Source of the DNA: Candidatus Parcubacteria bacterium | GTDB taxonomy: Bacteria > Patescibacteriota > Patescibacteriia > UBA1558 > GWA2-36-10 | Assembly (NCBI GenBank): GCA_018669975.1 | Contig: JABHSK010000001.1 | Coordinates: 24,394 to 88,393 of the forward strand | Direction: 5' to 3' | DNA length: 64,000 nt | Shown: piece by piece, positions 59,435 through 64,000 of the stretch | How positions within the stretch are numbered: position 1 is the stretch's first letter | How the letters are laid out: each line of letters begins with the position of its first letter | Position numbers and translations under genes: made by a program | The notes under the pieces: model-generated | What the model was told of the DNA's origin: nothing | Database searches by the model: none | Seen by the model: only the letters and a program-made list of their open reading frames with translations

Positions 59435-59600
59435 GTTGCCTCCTTTAAATATTTATCAACTACTTGGGAATTTGATCAGCATCATATATAAACATATTGC
59501 CTAATCTTTGTCAATGGTTATTGCCTTTTAAAATTACTGTGTTAAGCTGTAAAATGTTAGTCCCCAACCGACAATGTACTTTAAAAGAAAGGATTAAGTT

Positions 59601-60947
59601 ATGTGGAAAAAAGGCGATGTATTAGTGGAGGGTAAAACCAAAAGAATCTTCGATGCAGAAGCTACTCACACCGATACCAAGCACTCGGGTCATCCTGTAA
59701 TAGTAGAAAGTAAGCCGGATATCACGGCTTTCGATGATCCCACAAAAACCAAACAAATTGAGGCCAAGGCAGCCTTTGCCACCTCTACAACCTGCCGAGT
59801 GTTTGAACTATTAAAAGCTGCTGGTATTCCAGTAGCTTACTATCAGCAAGTCTCCCCTACTGAATTTCTAGCTGAACAATGTACTATGATTCCGCTAGAA
59901 ATGGTGGCTAGGCGATATGCAGTAGGTAGTTATCTCAAACGTCATCCAGAACTAGTTTGTAAAGAAGACGAGCAACCGCATCGTTTTCACAAATTAGTTT
60001 GTGAATTTTTCCTGAAAACTACCCGCGGTGAATTGATTCTGCCAGATGGAACTCGCCTAGTCGAAGGTCTAAAACCAGAGGCTGGTGAAGAAGATCCTTT
60101 TATCGCCAATCCAATGGCTATGAACTGGAAACTTTCTCATCCTAAGTTACCCGCCTGGGTAGCAGAAGCCGATCTAAATATGAGCGTCAATCCCAATGCC
60201 ATTCTTCCTGGAACTCTAGGTAGCTCCAAAGAGCGCACCCACCAGATAGTAGATTACCTACAGCGTGTCTTCTTAGTTCTAGAAGGTGCCTGGACTACTC
60301 TGGGTCTACGATTGATCGATATGAAGATCGAATTCGGCATAGACTCTGCTGGTCAACTACGTGTAGCTGATGTCATTGACAATGACAGTTGGCGTCTACG
60401 CACCCATGACTGGGAAGAACTCAGTAAGCAGGCTTTCCGCGATGGCGAAAGCTTGGATGAGGTCGAGCTCAAATACGGAACAGTGGCTGGACTAGTTGAA
60501 AGATTCCGGATTCCTAACCAGGCACTTATCTGCTGGCGTGGATCACTCAGTGATGATATCAAGGGTCCATCAACATCTACCATTCCTGGTATCACTATCG
60601 ATTATGTAACCATGTCTGGACACAAGTCCACTCAAGCATGCCTAATCGAACTGGAAAGAATCATGGGTAAATACCCTGACGGTGGCGTCATAGTGGTCAA
60701 GGTCGGTCGAAGTAATGGTCTAGGACCAATCCTAGCCGCTCACACCACCTGGCCTGTCATCGCCGTCCCCGCTACTATGGATTCTTTTCCTGCTGACGCT
60801 TGGAGTAGCATCCGCATGCCCTCTCATGTTCCTTTAGCAACAGTTTGGCCAGAAAAAAATGCCATCGAATTGGCTCTCAATATTCTGGCACGAACAAACC
60901 CATTGGTATATGCATTGCGCCAACGGGAAATTGAAGATCTAGATTAA
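59601..60947 (+). CDS. purC: Bifunctional SAICAR synthetase / class II AIR carboxylase (PAICS-type PurC-PurE fusion)
   Basis: EGKTK, DITA, DMKIEFG, ADVIDNDSWRL; C-terminal SGHKS, VGRSNGLGP, WPVI, WSSIRMPS. Confidence 0.88.
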   Translation: MWKKGDVLVEGKTKRIFDAEATHTDTKHSGHPVIVESKPDITAFDDPTKTKQIEAKAAFATSTTCRVFELLKAAGIPVAYYQQVSPTEFLAEQCTMIPLEMVARRYAVGSYLKRHPELVCKEDEQPHRFHKLVCEFFLKTTRGELILPDGTRLVEGLKPEAGEEDPFIANPMAMNWKLSHPKLPAWVAEADLNMSVNPNAILPGTLGSSKERTHQIVDYLQRVFLVLEGAWTTLGLRLIDMKIEFGIDSAGQLRVADVIDNDSWRLRTHDWEELSKQAFRDGESLDEVELKYGTVAGLVERFRIPNQALICWRGSLSDDIKGPSTSTIPGITIDYVTMSGHKSTQACLIELERIMGKYPDGGVIVVKVGRSNGLGPILAAHTTWPVIAVPATMDSFPADAWSSIRMPSHVPLATVWPEKNAIELALNILARTNPLVYALRQREIEDLD

Positions 60948-60960
60948 ATAGGTCATCAAG

Positions 60961-60985
60961 ACCATCCCCTCGGGGATGGGTTTTT
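60961..60985 (+). terminator. Intrinsic terminator
   Basis: ccatcccc..ggggatgg + T-run after purC-purE stop. Confidence 0.75.
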
Positions 60986-60991
60986 ATTAAT

Positions 60992-61089
60992 AAAAAACCC
61001 GCCAAGGAAAGGACCTGCTTTGAAAAGAGCCGAGTATCCGAACTAGTGTCCGGCGGTCTTTCATTAGCAATGATCACAGTCTCAGCGGG
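60992..61089 (-). ncRNA. Unassigned long irregular hairpin RNA downstream of pyrG
   Basis: Nested stems with G-U pairs only on minus strand; ends in U6. Confidence 0.35.
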
Positions 61090-61106
61090 CAATCCCTATA
61101 AAGGAG

Positions 61107-62717
61107 CTAATTTTTTATACTAGCCTTAATAAAGCTTTTAAATAATGGATGTGGTCTCAGTGGCCTAGATTTGAATTCTGGATGGAATTGAGAAGCTACA
61201 AAATATGGATGATCTTTTAACTCAATAACCTCTACCAAACGTTTGTCTGGTGATAAACCAGCAAATCTCATACCACCTGCTTCCAGTTGCTCACGATATT
61301 CATTATTAAACTCATACCTGTGTCTATGACGCTCTGAAATCTTTGGAGTACCATACGCTTTATAACTTAGCGAATCCTTGGATAAAACGCAAGGATAGGC
61401 TCCCAACCTCAAAGTACCACCTTTATCTTCATCGGCAGTATGACCAGGTAATATATGAATGACTGGATTGGTAGTTTTACTATCAAATTCTGTAGAATTG
61501 GCGTCTTCGGTGCCTAAAATGTGTCGGGCAAACTCTATGGTCGCAACTTGCATACCCAAACAAAGACCTAGGTAAGGCAATTTGTGTTCTCGGCAGTATT
61601 TAGCAGCCATAATTTTACCCTCTACTCCTCGATAACCAAAACCACCGGGCACTACTATACCAGAAACTTTTTTGAATTTGTTTATTTCTTTACGATCTTT
61701 CTTTTCCAATTTACTAGCATGGATCCAAGTTAAGTCTAATTTAACTCCATTATGATAGCAGGCGGACTTGAGTGCCTCCACTACACTAATATAGGCATCA
61801 ATATTCTCATTGTATTTACCAACCAAGCCGATGGATAATTTCTTTTTGGTAGTTTTAATTCTTTTGACGTAGGCCTCCCACTTATCGAGCTTTGGCTTTC
61901 TCTTGGGTAACTTCATTTTGTCAAAAAGAATGTCAGAAATCTTGTACTTTTTTTCAAAATATAACGGCACCTCATAAATACTTTTAACAGTCAACGCTGG
62001 AATAACTGATCGTTCATCAAGATCGGCAAACATAGCGATCTTATGAAGATCCTCTTTTTTAACCGCCTTATCACTTCTTGCTAAAATTATATCTGGCTGA
62101 ATACCACGTCGATGCAATTCTCTAACTGACATCTGAGTTGGTTTAGTCTTTAGCTCCTGTGATGCTTTAAGAAATGGTAATAAAGTTAAATGAATAAATA
62201 ATACATTCTCATGTCCCATCTCATTGTGAAACTGACGTAAAGCTTCTAAAAATGGCTCACCTTCAATATCACCGACTGTACCCCCTATCTCTGCTAACAA
62301 AAAATCAGCCTTTGATTCATCAGCTGCTTTCCTAATATAATCTTTTATTTCGTTAGTAATATGAGGGACAATTTGAATAGTTTTCCCTAAATAAACTCCA
62401 CTTCTTTCACCTTGCAATACTTTTTCATAGACACGTCCAGTGGTCAGATTAGATAGTTTGGATAGGTTACTGTCAATAAATCTTTCGTAGTGACCTAAAT
62501 CTAGATCTGTTTCTGTACCATCATCGGTTACAAATACTTCACCATGTTGAAATGGGCTCATAGTACCAGGATCGATATTTAAATACGGATCTAGCTTTGC
62601 ACTAAAAACTGAGTATCCTGCTGAACGCAAAATAGCTCCGATCGATGCGGATGCTATACCCTTTCCCAAACCGGAGCAAACACCGCCGGTAATAAAAATG
62701 TATTTCGTTTTGGACAT
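61107..62717 (-). CDS. pyrG: CTP synthase
   Basis: KYIFITGGV.SGLGKG, DPGTMSPFQHGEVFV, GLCLGMQ, ERHRHRYE, QFHPE. Confidence 0.98.
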   Translation of the reverse strand: MSKTKYIFITGGVCSGLGKGIASASIGAILRSAGYSVFSAKLDPYLNIDPGTMSPFQHGEVFVTDDGTETDLDLGHYERFIDSNLSKLSNLTTGRVYEKVLQGERSGVYLGKTIQIVPHITNEIKDYIRKAADESKADFLLAEIGGTVGDIEGEPFLEALRQFHNEMGHENVLFIHLTLLPFLKASQELKTKPTQMSVRELHRRGIQPDIILARSDKAVKKEDLHKIAMFADLDERSVIPALTVKSIYEVPLYFEKKYKISDILFDKMKLPKRKPKLDKWEAYVKRIKTTKKKLSIGLVGKYNENIDAYISVVEALKSACYHNGVKLDLTWIHASKLEKKDRKEINKFKKVSGIVVPGGFGYRGVEGKIMAAKYCREHKLPYLGLCLGMQVATIEFARHILGTEDANSTEFDSKTTNPVIHILPGHTADEDKGGTLRLGAYPCVLSKDSLSYKAYGTPKISERHRHRYEFNNEYREQLEAGGMRFAGLSPDKRLVEVIELKDHPYFVASQFHPEFKSRPLRPHPLFKSFIKASIKN

Positions 62718-62725
62718 ACTACTTT

Positions 62726-63172
62726 TTATTCTGCTTTAATGTTTATATAAAATGAAATTGTTTTACTATTAGGTAAGTTTAAAAATACCTCATGACGCCC
62801 CAGTGTTTTAATAACCGAAGAATTTTTAAACCACTTTGTATTAATATCTAAACTAAAATTATTTTTAATCTCTACAACAATATCTTTAATACTTACTCCT
62901 TTGAACAATGTTTCTTTATCTGAAACTTTACGGCTAAAGCCAATGGTCTGCTTACTTAAAGTCTTAACTACCTTTTGATATTCATCTGACTGCTCTTGAA
63001 CTTGTTGTTGAGCCTTGGCTTCTTTGGCTTGTATAGCGCCAACATTAACTGAAGTAGCCAAAGCAACTTTTTTCTGAGGAATTAAATAGTTAATAGCATA
63101 GCCATCAGACACCTCTTTAATATCCCCTTTTACTCCCAATGATTTAATTGTTTCTAATAAAACTACCTTCAT
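62726..63172 (-). CDS. rplI: 50S ribosomal protein L9
   Basis: MKVVLLETIKSLGVKGDIKEVSDGYAINYLIP, IKTLG. Confidence 0.93.
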   Translation of the reverse strand: MKVVLLETIKSLGVKGDIKEVSDGYAINYLIPQKKVALATSVNVGAIQAKEAKAQQQVQEQSDEYQKVVKTLSKQTIGFSRKVSDKETLFKGVSIKDIVVEIKNNFSLDINTKWFKNSSVIKTLGRHEVFLNLPNSKTISFYINIKAE

Positions 63173-64000
63173 AATCCTAAAAATAATTCTTTAGCCTTAT
63201 CTAATTGTGGATCTAAATCGTTGTTATAATCATCAAAGGTCAAATCAACCTCTGTATCTGGCTCAATTCCTTCCATGTCGATAGTCCTACCATTTGGTGT
63301 TAACCATCTAGCCACAGTCAATTTAATTGAGGAATCATCCTTGAGTGAAATCAACTGCTGCACGGAACCCTTACCAAAAGTCTTCTTACCTACTAAAAAT
63401 GCCTTACCGTAATCCTGCAAAGCGCCAGCTACAATCTCTGCGGCTGAAGCTGAGCCCTCATTAACTAAAATTATAGTATCAAAATCTGCCAAACTTATCT
63501 TTTTTGATGCTTTATAATCTTTATCACTACGTTTATCACTAAAGGTCTCTCTAACAACTACTTGTTTTGGATCTAACCAATAACTAGTGATTTCTACAGC
63601 AATATGTAGTAAACCACCTGGATTATTTCTTAAATCTAAAATAATACCCTTAGGATTATCGTTAAGTACTTTTTGAGCTACTTTAGCAAAACGATCTTCT
63701 GTGTCATTGTTAAAATGAGTCAAATCAATAATAGCAATATCATCTTCTAGTCTATAAACTACGCTGGGTATATCGATTTTATCTCGGATAATTGATATTT
63801 CTTTAGTGTCGCCCTCATCTTTAGAATAAATAGTTAATACCACCTTGGTATCCTTTTCACCTCGAATCAAATTAACTGCTTCGGTAACTGAAATATTACC
63901 CGTATCAACACCGTCAACAGCTAAAATTTGATCTCCTGATTTAAGACCCGCTCTAGCTGCTGGCGTACCATCTAGGGGTGCAATAATTACCAGGGTACCG
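63169..64000 (-). CDS. ctpA: S41 C-terminal processing protease (5' part outside window)
   Basis: PDZ IIAPLDGTPAARAGLKSGD read to window edge; DLRNNPGG, SASAAEI, TFGKGSVQ. Confidence 0.93.
   Translation of the reverse strand, partial: GTLVIIAPLDGTPAARAGLKSGDQILAVDGVDTGNISVTEAVNLIRGEKDTKVVLTIYSKDEGDTKEISIIRDKIDIPSVVYRLEDDIAIIDLTHFNNDTEDRFAKVAQKVLNDNPKGIILDLRNNPGGLLHIAVEITSYWLDPKQVVVRETFSDKRSDKDYKASKKISLADFDTIILVNEGSASAAEIVAGALQDYGKAFLVGKKTFGKGSVQQLISLKDDSSIKLTVARWLTPNGRTIDMEGIEPDTEVDLTFDDYNNDLDPQLDKAKELFLGL

Noticed and set aside
61020-61075. Hammerhead ribozyme or SRP RNA
   Set aside because: CTAATGA is not followed by a correctly placed GAAA core; no SRP domain IV motif seen

Overview
This is an AT-rich (roughly one-third GC by eye) bacterial chromosome segment using the standard code. 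Its gene content looks like Patescibacteria/CPR (inference): VirB4/VirD4-like ATPase with an accessory N-terminal domain, VirB2-like pilin, sigma-region-4/HTH protein, DUF4012 protein, short ProRS. Housekeeping genes lie almost entirely on the minus strand: secDF, ddl, uppS, dnaX, lepA, murJ, a GT4/sugar-transferase cluster, mreB-mreCD-mrdA-greA-mreB, proS, rseP, frr, holB, rnhA, recJ, pfkB-pduL-ackA, pyrG, rplI, ctpA. There are also rnpB and two tRNA-Gln genes. Self-contained accessory genes, each with its own promoter, SD and terminator, are interspersed among them. The most unusual locus is 55.1-58.7 kb. It holds tandem c-di-GMP-II-like riboswitches, an atypical receiver protein and two unannotated 21-aa ...FWWLRK peptide genes inside duplicated structured RNA units with co-varying 5'-3' pairing, flanked by 2H-phosphoesterase and HD-GYP-like genes. 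Other highlights are a two-subunit [FeFe]-hydrogenase operon with an S-component-like gene, SecD with a circularly permuted parvulin insert, an A9 slippage site in dnaX and a PAICS-type purC-purE fusion. All calls come from motif recognition by eye; no searches were run.
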